Shown in pieces: positions 26,732 to 40,110 of a stretch of 64,000 nucleotides of DNA. A program made the translations under genes and the position numbers. The stretch lies in NCBI RefSeq assembly GCF_009914755.1, contig NC_060931.1; one strand, given 5' to 3'. The notes under the pieces are model-generated. The model was not told the DNA's origin, made no database searches, and was given only the letters and a program-made list of their open reading frames with translations. Each line of letters begins with the position of its first letter. The first letter of the stretch is position 1. This stretch comes from the human T2T-CHM13v2.0 reference genome, Homo sapiens.

Positions 26732-28230
26732 TTTTTTAAGACTTAACTTTTTAAAAGCAGTTGTACATTCACAGCAAAATTCAGAGGAAAGTAAAGAGTT
26801 TCTCATGTCGCTGCTGCCCCTACATATGTGTAGACTCCACTATTATCAACATCCCCTATCACAGGGGTCCGCAACCCTCAGGCCACAGAAGACCGGTACC
26901 AGTCTGTGGCCTGTTAGGAACTGGACTGCACAGCAGGAGGTGAGCACTGGGCCAGCCAGCATTACTGCCTGAGCTCCACTTCCTGCCAGATCAGCACTGG
27001 CATTAGATTCTCATAGGAGTGAACCCTATTGTGAATTGCACATGTGAGGGATCAAGGTTGCACACTCTTTATCAGAATCTAATGTCTGATGATCTGAGAT
27101 GGAACAGTTTCACCCCAAAACCATCCCCCAAACCACCTGTCTGTGGAAAAATTGTCTCCCCCACAAACTGGTCCCTGGTGCCAAAAAAGTTGGGGACAGC
27201 TGCCCTACCAGAATGGTACACTTGTTACAATTGATCTACCTGCTGCATTGACACATCATTCTCACCCAGAGACCATAGTTTACATCAGGGTTCACTCTTG
27301 GTGTTACACATTCTATGGGTTTGGACAAGTGTATAAGGACACGTATCCACCATTGTAGTGTCATACCTCACTGCCCTAAAAATTTTCTGTGTACCTCCTA
27401 TTTTTTCCTCCTTCCCCTCAAACCCCTGACAACCACTGGTTTTCCTTTACCAGAATGTCATATAGTTGGAATCATACAGTATGTAGCCCTTTCCAATTGG
27501 CTTCTTTCACTTAATAATATAGGTTTAAGTTTCCTCTATGTCCTCTCATGGCTGGGTAGCTCTTCCTTTTGTGATGAATAATATTCTGTTGTCTGGATGT
27601 ACCACAGTTTTATTTATCCATTCACCCCAACAGACATCTTGATTGCTTCCACATTTTGACAATTATGAATAACTCCAAACCTGCACCCATATGTGAGTTT
27701 GTACATGATCATGAGTTTTAAACTCCTTTGGGTTAATTCCAAGGATTGCTGGATCATATAGTAAGAGTAGCTTTAGTTTTATAAGAAACTGCCAAACTGT
27801 CTTCCAAAGTGGCTATACCATTTCAAAATCCCGTCAGCAATGAAAGAGAGTTCCTGTTGTTTTACCGCCTTGCCAGCATTTGGTATTGTCAACGTTCTGA
27901 ATTTTGGCCATTTGAATAGACATGCAGTGGAATCTCATTGTTGTTTTAATTTGTATTACATATAGTGTGGAAAATCTTTTCATATGCTTATTTGCCATCT
28001 GTACATCTTCTTTGTTAAAGCGTTCGGCACATTTTTAAATCTGGTCGTTTGTTTTCTTATTGTTGAGTTTTAGGAGTTTTTGGTATGTTTTGGATAACAA
28101 TCCCTTATCAGATAAGTCTCTTGCAAATATTTCCTCCCAGTCTTTGGCTTGTCTTTTCATTGTCTTGTCAGTGTCTTCCACAGAGCAGAAGTTTTTAAAC
28201 TTAATGAAGTTCAGCTTATCAATTATTTTT
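26732..28230 (-). mobile_element. L1MC1-like 3' end, split by MER1B
   Basis: TTCACAGCAAAATTCAGAGGAAAG...CATTGACACATCATT...CATAGTTTACATCAGGGTTCACTCTTGGTGTT. Confidence 0.85.
26862..27202 (+). mobile_element. MER1B (hAT-Charlie MITE)
   Basis: CAGGGGTCCGCAACC...GTTGGGGACAGCTG termini. 8-bp TSD CCCTATCA / CCCTACCA. Confidence 0.92.
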
Positions 28231-28382
28231 GAATTATTCTACATTCTTATTATTAGATTAGTGTCAGAAGGTACTAAAACTTGCCCTAGTTGAAATGCAG
28301 CAGTAAACTTTTTATCTTTTTAGATTCCACACTAATATTTTGGGAGTTTCATTTTATGACATATTCTCTGGTTTTGGATTAC

Positions 28383-28640
28383 TTTCATTCATCCATTCTT
28401 TAAGAAAAAAAAAAAAACTTATTTAGCACTTACTATAGGTCCAACATAGGGGAAACCACAGTGAATAAGATAAGCAAGATTCCTGCATCCACAAGGCACT
28501 TCCAGTCTGGCAGGGATGAGGATAGTAAACCAATTATTATAGGTGGGGTAAATTTTGTAAATGGAGAAAAAGCAAGTGCCATGAAGGGCATAGCAGAGGG
28601 GACTAACCTGATCCAGAGGGTCTTAGAAGATCTCCCTTAA
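28383..28640 (-). mobile_element. L2 3' end fragment
   Basis: TTCATTCATCCATTC...AGCACTTACTATAGG...ACAGTGAATAAGA...CTTCCAGTCTGG. Confidence 0.65.
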
Positions 28641-29759
28641 CCTCCAAAAATCTCCATAAAATTCCCATGACAATATAAGGCCAAGGGATATTGGTATTAG
28701 CAGGAATGTTCCAAGCTTTAAGGCTTCGATGGTTGAAATAAATTGACGAAAATTGAAAACAGTAACAAGTCCAACAGCTTGTTCACTTTTGCCTGTGAAG
28801 TTTAGATGAAGACAAAGAAGGAATTACTGAGAGCCCAGCTACACAGCATCACACATGCCAACCACCCTGCCATGTCTCCAACAACTTGCCACTCAGGAAG
28901 TGGCAGAGATGGGAAAACTGCAGTATTGGCTATATATTCCAGAAGACACCTATATGCACCATAAGAACCAGGACTTCTCATCCTGGGCAGCTATCAGAGT
29001 ATAGAGGTTTTTGTGTGTAGCTGGGTGCCCTCTGACAGGTGTTCTCAGCATCCCTCTATTACAATTACAGTCCTTGTCCTCTTCTTGGCTTATCTCTGAG
29101 CACTCCCCAGCAATGACCAGAGTGGAGGTATCAGAATAATAGTGGAGACAGAGGAGGAGGGCTTTGCTGGGCTGTCACCTAGAAATTACCATAAAACAGA
29201 TTCATGCTCAAGAGCCTGGGACCTCACTTCCAATGCTGCTTTTGAGCTCCTGGTCACCCTGTGAGTTATGTATCCACCTTGGATACCTCACTGTCACCTG
29301 TCTAACTTACCATGACACCTGGCATTGAATCCCAAACTAAACATCTTTTGAGGTTACAAAACATTCCACTGCCCTCTTCTGCTACATAACGTTTCAAAAT
29401 GTCAGCACTTTTCTAGCTAGACTTTGGCCTAGAAATGGAAGTTCACACATGCTAAGGGAATGGCTATTGGTTTAATAATTTCAGTCCTACTGGAAATACC
29501 AAAGTTGTCTGGGCCTAGTTCAAGTCATAATAATATATTTGGGCTTGTTTTTGACATTTTATGTGAAACTCTCCAAAAGCCCATGGAAAATAAGAACCCA
29601 CTAAACCTCTTCATGCCCTTAGGAAGGAAAAGGAAGTTTTGAATTCTTCTCTCCCGGTTATAAATATTAAAGTATATGCAGAAAGAAAAATAAACCGTTG
29701 CTTCATCAAGTCTCCCTGGTTGCTAGGAGCTGGAGGCCAGCACGGCTGAAATGCAAAAG

Positions 29760-30260
29760 GGAGGATTCAATGTGAAACGGACAGCAGGAAGGGCCAGGCC
29801 TCACAGCACAGATCATGGCGGCAACCTTGATCTAAGAACAAGGCTAAAGAAGGGCGTGAAGCAGAAATTTGGCTGGGAATAACGCATTCAAATTTCAGTT
29901 TTAGCAGACTACTATGTTCTGCAGCAAAGGAGCTGAAGACAGAGAACGAATACAAGAAAGTCTGTAGGGAGGCAAGTGCAGTGACCTGGGTGACAGATAC
30001 TGGTGGCCTGGACTGCAACAGCAGCTGTAGATGTGGAGAGAAGACGGTAGATTTCAGAGGACAGGTCCACAGGGTTCGACTGTGGGTTGGTTTAGTGGAA
30101 AAGGTAGAAGATGCTTCAAAGATGTCATTTAACAGCCGGGAGAGGAAGATGTGGCACTGAGTCCAGAGAAGTAGGGGAATAGCCAACGGCGTGGTGTCAC
30201 AGAAGCCCAGGAGTGGAGATGAAATATTCGCAGGAGGTTATCATAATGTTAAGTGGGTGA
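29760..30260 (-). mobile_element. L2 fragment
   Basis: Purine-rich L2-like blocks (GGTGGCCTGGAC...GGAGAGAAGACGGTAGATTTCAGAG, GTGGTGTCACAGAAGCC). Confidence 0.55.
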
Positions 30261-30344
30261 CTACATCCTACATCCTCTGTAGATGGATCCTGCCCACCAT
30301 GCCCTAAGATTAAATCACACCAACTATAGTAAGAAGTTACCTTT

Positions 30345-30590
30345 TGAAGAGTCCTGATTAGGTGCCAAGCACTACACAACTTATATAGTCTTTGTTACCT
30401 AATTCAATATTCTAAAAGACAACTTCTGTCAGGCAGGTTTGATTGTCAATCTTCACTTTCAGAAGGGGACACTGAGACTCCAAGAGAACATATAGGGTAC
30501 AGAAGGCCACTTGGCTGGTCACAACAGAGCCTGGATGCTCATCTAGACCTTTCCGACTCCAAACCCAAATTCTTAACCACAATGTTTTGC
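30345..30590 (-). mobile_element. MIR
   Basis: GTGCCAAGCACT...CACTTTCAGAAGGGGACACTGAGACTC...GACTCCAAACCC...TCTTAACCAC. Confidence 0.6.
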
Positions 30591-33500
30591 TGCTTCTTCA
30601 CAAAGAGTCTAAACATGAAATGCCTAGGAGTTCAACTGAAATAAATAATTTGGTTTCACAGAGGAAAAGAGAGATTATAAACCATATTTCTAAAGCAGCA
30701 GGGAACTTTACAAATTTGTGTTATTGGTCATTGGGGGTTTGGGTGACGTACCGTCCCTGGATCAGCACAATATTGTGTGCTGTTTATTAGAAAAATAACT
30801 CACGTCGCCTCTCATTGATTGGTGTGTTCGTAGCATGTAAGTTATGAAGAGACAGCACACATATCCACGACAGCAAATGGAAAAGTAATGATCTGCCTCA
30901 TTGACAGAGAACAATTTACTTTTCCCCTAAATGAAATGTTATTATTAGAGTTTGAAGTGCATTAACATAAAGGAAATGCATTGAGGAAATGCTTTTTGCA
31001 GCCCCTACATGTGTTGAACATCAGAGCAGTACCCCCAGGTAGTCCCAGCCCTCATTTTGGCCAATAGCTAAAAAGAAGGATTGCTTTAGGGGAAGATGAA
31101 CTCAGCAGTGATTGTATTTAAATACCACGAAAAGCACAGACAAAAAAGAATACAGTAAGGGGATGGAGGTTAAAAACAGATTTAACAAAAAGAAAAAAAA
31201 TACAATTATTGAGGCAGCGACATTGGGTGGTGGAAAGGGACTGTGCGGTAGGGAAAAGGTGGCTCTGTCTCAATCTTTGCCATCAACAAGTATTTTAAAT
31301 TCCATGTCGCTAAATGTTAAAAAAGGACAGCAGTCCTGGGCCTAAATGCTGCCTGCCTTCATTTATTTACAGAGTTAGCATTCTTTGTCAGAGAAAGGGG
31401 AACATGGGAAGGAAATGAACGGCTTTGGCGCTGTGTGGGCCATTCGTGGGCATTGCCATGACAGGCTTGCATGGCGAATCGTGAGACTTTAATAACAAGA
31501 GCTTTGATTTGGATTTTAATTTTCCAAAAGTGTAAGTCAGTGAAATTAACAGAGCAGGTGGTAGAAAGAGAGCAGTGTGGTGAGAGTATAAGCCACTTTG
31601 CTTTAGGATGAGGAAAGGAAATAACCAGGGTGTCCCAGATTCTGCTTCTGGTAATTAATGAGGCACCTAAATTCACCCTCACTTTCAAATTATTGAACTA
31701 AACTTTCTTCCTGTGGTTTTCATGAGTGCTATATTTTTAATTCAAAAAGGACACTGTCCTCATTTTATCCTCATCCACTGAAAGGCTTTCTCTCCTACAC
31801 AGTGGCATATTGGGGTGGAAGGGGGTGCTGACAGTGTGAAGTGTCCCATCTGGTGAAGCCATTATAGCATGTTGCATTCCCAGACAGAAATAAGCCTCAC
31901 TAAGGCAGAGGGCTACACAGGATGCTGCTTATTTGGTTTTGCCTGTTTTGTACAATAAGATTTTGGCTGGGATGATCAGTGAAAGTCTACTGATTCAGGT
32001 ATTTGCATATGATAAAACTTAGGACATAGACCCTAAACTCTGTCATGAGAATCATACCCATTCCTTAATTATTCAAGATGTATATGGATACATTAAAGCT
32101 ATGTGCAAATTAAATAGATATATATATATTGCATGTTAAAATACATACATAACAGAATAAAGCAAGGAAGAAAGTAATGTTTTTCAAAAATATGAATGCA
32201 ATAATTTCTGAGATTTTTACTGTCTAAATGCGTATATATTCCCAGTGATTTTTTTTTTAACTTTTTAACACGTAAGTGAAATTAAGCAAGGAAAGCATCA
32301 GTTAACATTGCCGCAGTTGAAAAGAAGCAAGAGAAAATCACAGTTCCAATTAGAATGAAGGTTCTCAGCTACACTGAAAACAAACAACTGACCTTGGCCT
32401 GTGCTTCACCCTAGAGAAAGCCGAGGAAGAGCAGGATATGACGGCAAAGTCCCATGGAAGGACAAGCCTGGGCTATCCCTGAATATAATAGAGGCTTCCT
32501 CAGCAAGAAATTATAGTAAGGGATGGAGAACAGCATTCAAATCCTTCTTGCTGGAACTGTCTCTGCCTATAACCAATGCTGTTTATGACTTGTTTTTCCT
32601 ACAAATAAGCTCCTTTGAATATTCAATTTTCCATAAAAAGTTATTGATACAACAATAAAGACAACATGTTTTTGGCAACCGCTATATTTTTGTTATTTTA
32701 ACAATTATTTTAAGTGTTTTTTAAAAAATAAGAAACAACTATTTTTTCAGGATTCTGACTTCCATACAGTCAAGGCTTACATAGTTACAGCCAATGAACT
32801 TGAATGGAAACACAGTGGTTTCTGATATCAGCCTCCAGCTCCTTTGCACTCAGGAACTGGTGCTAAAAGTGGGGATTCAAGATGAGTTCTTATCTAGTCT
32901 AGACATGGTGTGTCCTCTATTATTCATGACCCTTGGGTCTGGTGTACTGAAAGGTCCCTTCTTTCTTCAGAGACTAGATGACTTAATCTCTTACTTAAAC
33001 AGGAATCTTTCTCAATGGACTTTCAGGAGTGTCTTCGTTGACCTCTATTATACTTTCTCAATTTTAGCTTTAACTCTGCTGTACCATAGATTTCCATCTC
33101 CGGCTTAAGAGATCTGTGTCTGATTTCTCTCTCTGGGCTAGGAGTTCTCATTATATGACAGGAAAAAGTTACAAAGTATGCCACACAGAGGAAACAACTT
33201 ATGGCTGGGGGTCCTAACAGCACATAGATCATTGACTGAACAGAAACTTGGTGGCCAGACACCTTCTGTGCAACAATAAACATCATTTTCATTTCCACTA
33301 TGCCCTAAACAGTAGCTCCACATACAACTGCTTAATCACTTCAGCCTCAATATTATATATTATATCATACTAACACCTCCTTCTGGTTTCATCCAAAGAC
33401 AGTGAAAATTACAGAAACACTACCTCTTGCTTGCTCACATGGCTTCCCCAAGAACATATCACATCACTTCCACTTTAGATGACAAATGAAACTGGTCTCC

Positions 33501-35977
33501 AAGCTTCCTTGAATGGCACGCCTGGCGTGGTCACTTCATGCAGGAGCTGTCAGCTCTTAACTGGAAAGCACTCCTTGAAATGATTTGTAACTCTGCTATA
33601 AAAAGCTTTCCCTCCAGCTAAAACTTGCACTTCTTTCAAGTTTGATGACAAACACACTACTGGCAAAGACGAGGGTGTATTCATGAGCACAGGCATATGC
33701 CCCGGCACACGCACACACCCCCCAAGCACTCCCACCTCGATTCTCTTACTTTAAAAAAAGGAAAAGTGAATCTTTCCAAGCATTTCAATACAGTTTAAAG
33801 CAGGTGGAGGCCTCTAGCCAGGTGACATTAAGAACTGCCCCTTGGTGCCCACTTTGATTGCCGGCTCCTGTATTTGGGATGGGCACGTGGCAGGTGCTTG
33901 ATCATTCTTTTGAATTCTATACTGCTGCATTCGGTCTTTTGATGGCTGACCTTGCTTATAACAATAATGTGAAAAACAATTCTAATTCCATTAACAGCCA
34001 AAAAAAAAAAAAAAACCAAAAAAGCAAAAACCACTCCTCAATCCTGCCAAAATATCTAGTCACTTCCACTCAGTCTTCTTTCTGCACTTTTCTTTACTTG
34101 TCCATGGAAGGAAACCTCCTCCAATGTATGGTAAGACACTTTCCTGGCCCCATTGCTCTGTGATGGAGAGCTAGCAGGCTACCCGTGGGGACCTATTTGG
34201 CCTTGTTGTTATGATACTTACAGTACTTAAAAAGAAATATTTATTATGCTAAGGGGCTCAGGCCTCCAAGTCTTGCCAGAGGCAGGGCTCTGGCCCCTAA
34301 ACTGGTTTCTGAGTTGCTGGGCTGGCTGCAATTAGGACTGGCTATACCCTGCAGAAGGGCAAGGGTTGGATGAAAGCCCTGAGAAGTATGTGGACAGAGA
34401 CTCCACTAGCTAACCTTCCCAACTAGAGTTTTAGAGACTTTAAAAGCCAAATACATTTAAGGGGAAAAGGCAACATTACATAATGTGGACAAGCAAGGCA
34501 CCAAAAAGAATGTTAGCATTCTTATAGGGTGACACAAAGTGCAGAGGGACAGTGAGCCATGTTCTCTTAGGGTATCCATTACTTCCTAAAGATTAACGGG
34601 CTTGGTAAACTAGATTAACTCATTCAGATCCAGTACAGGAAACAATAAAACTCACTTTGCATTGGTTTACAAACTGATTTCACCTTTGGTTTGATTTCAT
34701 TATTTCATTAATTGCTTTCCCTATTTACTGTTAACTACTCACTCTTAACCTTCTCTAGTTTGCACCATCTCATTGATAGCTTGACCTTGCAGTATGACTT
34801 TTTACTTCTAACCTGGGAAAAATGAGCTAATTCCTATAGTCTGGCTGTTTTATTATTTTCTGGTGCTAGTTGGATGGTTACATTACAAAGTTAATACATA
34901 ACAAAGCACATTAAAGTTATCAGAAGACTTTTTTAAACCCCAGGAGTTGGTAGTGCCCTTGGCTGAAAAGAGAGAAGAGATTTAAAGCAATTAAAATATC
35001 ATAAGTATTTATGACACATAAAATGAATATTTGTGTTTGCAGTGCTAAGTGTTTGTAATCCTCCCAAGGATTCTAGAGAGAAACAAAGACTCTGCAATAG
35101 TATAATTTAGCCATTAGGACTGACTCACCTATGGACAAGTCACTCAATTGTAACCACTTGCCCCAACAATTCCATTGAGGAAGTAAGAAAACACATCTAT
35201 ATCCTCTTTACTTTAGAGGTAGGTCACCCTGTACCATCTTTTAGTAAAACTACAATGCGTCATCTTTCATGTTCGTGTCACTTGTTCTTACGATATAAAT
35301 GGAATCCCATAGTTTGGAGAAAAGCCAATTTGGAAAGGAAGCCATTTCTCCATTCTAGTTTGTCCAATATCTTTATTGGAGGTGTTCTTCATTAAACATA
35401 AATGAAGGTGCCCTTTGAGGGGCATGTGACAGTGTCCCCTCTTATTTAGACCTCAGCAAAATCAAAACATAATAGATTAAACCTGTATCTGTCAAAGTAT
35501 TATTTACAATCCAAAGGTATTTTAGATCTAAAGCAGAACAATCAGAGTGTGACTAAGATAGTAAAGACAGAGTGCAACACAGAATCCTGATGCTCAACAT
35601 GAACTCTAGGAAAGGGAATCTAAAATACTAGAATCTGGCAGTGTTGACCCAGAGAAGAGGCCCGTGGGGTGGTTTGCTATAGAGAAGAAAGACAGAGACA
35701 GGTGTCGCTATATCCATGACATCATGCTCACCAGGGTACAGTCCATCTTATTAGATACCTGACACACAGAAGGAGATGCTCTTGCTCCATGATCCCCAAA
35801 ATTTAAGCCTATGTCCTTATAAGTGTATATTTATTTATAAATTATGCTTACTTACTATTATTAGCTGATATCTTAGGGCACAACATACTCTTAGAGCCAG
35901 ATCATCCTTAGCAATGGGTCTTGTAAATCCCTATCTAAAGGGTTTTTTAGTAATTATATTTAGTGTATATAATTATA

Positions 35978-36300
<323 letters not shown>

Positions 36301-37459
36301 TAGTGTATATTTTTGTGGCTAATTTCTTAGATCAGAATTGACTGTTGTGTTTTTACCTTTATTGTGTGGCAGAAGGACTTGAGCAAAGGTGATTGCTCCA
36401 CCCTTTTTCATACTTTCCACTTGGCTTGCATTATTAGAAGTACCCTCTGTTCATTAGTTTTTTCCAGGATTTTTTAAAAGCTGTTTGTGCATTTTGTTTA
36501 GCCTAAACTTGATAACATAATATAATATAATAATGTGAGGTAACAACATTATAGACACATAACATGTAAAGTCACTTACGTAAACTGCAACAAGTCTCAA
36601 TGAGAGCAATGGGGTCATGCCTTGACTATCTCTGTCCTCCCACCCAACATGGAGAGGTGACATGAGAATCTCTGACTTGTACACCCCTGAGATTGTCCAT
36701 TATATGTTAGCGAAGCTTTACTTCTTTCTTATTTTTACATTAAAATGGAAACAGAAATTTCCAGTATTTTTTTCCTAGCACTCAATGGAAAGTGTTGTGT
36801 ACCTATGGGGAGGCACAGCCTTTGACTAACAAACATTTCATTCACCATAATGACAAATCCTCTACAGTCAATTAATAAATCCATACCAGGAGAGAGAATA
36901 TACTGGTCAGGGATAGCAAATATCCCAGACAAACTGATAGTTAGTCTTTCATTATACACTAACAAAATACTCCCAGATACAGGGGCAAAGGCAAATTCTT
37001 AGACCCGCAAGCAAACTCGGATCCAGGGGCATGGTGTAGAGATCAAGAGCATACCACCAGTCGCCTAAATGCCAACTGGTGTCCAGGGGCCTGAGGGGTC
37101 ATCATGCTCTAAATTTCAGCCAGCCAGTCTGTCCTTTGTAATGCCATGTAGCAAGCTCTTTGATCCATTCATTGTAATGTGGGGGCAGTAAAAAGACCAC
37201 ACAGATCTTTATAGCTGGTACATTGTGATTGATTATCTCTGCTTAATGCTTTATAAGCATTTTGGGGGAGTGCTACTAAGATGGAAAACGAGGGCTTGGG
37301 TCTCATCCGACCAGTCTCTGTTTTCTGAACTAACTCCGGTTTCCTGCTGCCCCCATGAATAAGTCCCCGGCCCTCTTCTCCCAGTGTTGCCTTCCAACCA
37401 TGGGGCAGCTCAAAGGCAGTCTGAACCAGGAAGCCTTTCTTCTCTCCCATACAATGATT

Positions 37460-37650
37460 TCTCCCGCCTCTATACTTTTATAGTACTTTGTACCTAGTAC
37501 AGCTTTTGTTACCTTTATGTGAGTTTCTTTCTCCCTCATTCAAAGGTAAACTCCCTGAAAGCAAAGACCATGCTTTATATTCTTCCAAACACAGGGTGCA
37601 GCACCTTGAAAGGCAAGTGCACAGTAGCCGCTTCTAGAAAGGTATTAAAT
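37460..37650 (+). mobile_element. L2 3' end fragment
   Basis: GTAAACTCCCTGAAAGCAAAGACCATGCTTTA block. Confidence 0.5.
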
Positions 37651-38094
37651 TGGCCATACAACTTTGAGGTTCCTGGGCACCCTTTTTGGCTACGTTCTTT
37701 TCAGATTATTAAACAGCTAATGTTTCGGTTAATACCATAGAAGATCAAATCGCCAAACACATGATAACTGTATTCAACATGAGTGTCTGTATAAACTTAA
37801 TGAATTATCTGTGTCGACTTGATTTAGAATTCAAATTGCATTCATATTTTCTAAAAAAACAGTTTAGTCACTTTCACAGTTTGAAAGGAAAAGTCTTTCA
37901 AAACGTGCTTTAAAAAGTCACCCCAAATGCTTTGGCATCAAAATGGGCCTTGCAGAACAACTATTCTGATGCATGAAGGGTGAACTAATCAACTATTTGA
38001 TAGCCTTTGGCATACAAAGGTCTTACAAACTAAGGAGAGCACATTTGCAGTGCACAATGGGTGTGACAAAAACTTGGTTCAAAAGGTTCCAGTG

Positions 38095-38160
38095 AAGCCT
38101 AATGTCCTACAGGCTCCATCATCCTCAAAGCCTAATGTCCTACAGGCTCCATTGTCCTCA
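38095..38160. repeat. 33-bp tandem duplication
   Basis: AAGCCTAATGTCCTACAGGCTCCAT(CA/TG)TCCTCA twice, 31/33 identical. Confidence 0.95.
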
Positions 38161-38184
38161 ATTCTTGAGTGTTCCTGAACTTCT

Positions 38185-38489
<305 letters not shown>

Positions 38490-39051
38490 AAGTGTTCCTG
38501 AACTTCTACAACATGCCACTCTTTGGTGTTACAGCAACAGTAGCTTTCCCATAGAGAACATTGACACCTACAATGGCTCAACAGCATGAATGGCCCATGG
38601 CCACCAGAGCTGAAACAGTCTTGCTGGCATAGGCAATAAGCCTGGGTTGGGAGTCCTGAGCCCAAGCAGTGCCTGACTCCAGGTTGACTCACCATGCGAG
38701 CCTGGGCCAACCACTTCACTTGTGTGTTCTTCACTGTCTCCATTGCTCAAGAAGAGGAATAATCCCTACTGCACAGGGAGGCCCAGGAGATGAATCGGAA
38801 AATATTGGTAAAACTCCCTGAAATCTCCGCTAGAAAAATGTGGTCGAAAGATAATTACACGCCAGTAGATTTTCCCAAGGAAATTATGCAAGCAGGGAAA
38901 AACTGTTCAGTCAAGAAATACTGTCCAATGCGAATTAGTTCCTAAAATATCCTAAGTAGATAATATAATGTTTTTCTATTTTTCACATTAAGGAGCTAAA
39001 GCAATTTTTTAAAACACTGTTTCGCAGTCTAAAAAATTTTTTGAAAAAATG

Positions 39052-39385
<334 letters not shown>

Positions 39386-39686
39386 TAAGAATACTATAGC
39401 TTTAGTATAATTACTAATGCTATAGTATTAGTAAGACATTAGTATACTATAAGAAGCAACTCAATAAACCTTGTAAACTGTTCTGTGCATGAGATCCGGA
39501 CTTAGTCATATGAAGCTTCATATGTAATGCTACTATAATTCCTAGAGTGAAGAGTAATTATTACAGAAAATAATAGCTTCCATACTCCTTAAAATAGTGG
39601 TGTCATTTACCCTCATTTGTTTTAAGATTGTTATGATGAAGAAGCCAGTGGATACACAAAACTCCTTGAATAGAAAACAGATTATA

Positions 39687-39968
39687 GACTAAGCATGGTG
39701 GTACATACCTATAATTCCAACACTTTGGGAGGCCTACACAGAAGGATTGCTTGAGACCAGGAGTTTGAGGCCAGCCTGGGCAACATAGGGAAACACCATC
39801 TCTAGAATAAATTTTTAAAAATTAGCCAGGCATAGTGGTGCATGCCTGCAGTCCCAGCGGCTCAGGAGGCCAAGGGGGAAGGATCACTTGAACCAAGGAG
39901 ATTGAGGCTATAGTGAGCCATGATTGCACCACTGCACTCCAGCCTGGGCTACAGAGCAAAATGCTGTG
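39687..39968 (+). mobile_element. AluJ
   Basis: Diverged sense Alu (GGATTGCTTGAG, GAGGCTATAGTGAGCCATGATTG). Confidence 0.88.
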
Positions 39969-40110
39969 AAAGGAAGGAAGGGAGGAAGGGAGGAAGGGAG
40001 GAAGGAAGGGAGGGAGGGAAGGAGGGAGGGAAGGAGGGAGGGAAGGAGGGAGGGAAGGAGGGAAGGAGGAAATCAAAGACAGAGAGACAGAGAGAGAGAG
40101 AGAGAGAAAA
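39969..40110 (+). repeat. (GGAA/GGGA)n plus (GA)n polypurine microsatellite
   Basis: About 100 nt of pure purines, then a GA-rich run, replacing the Alu A-tail. Confidence 0.93.

Noticed and set aside
38095-38160. Short direct repeats as a CRISPR-like array
   Set aside because: Two adjacent copies without spacers, in eukaryotic DNA.
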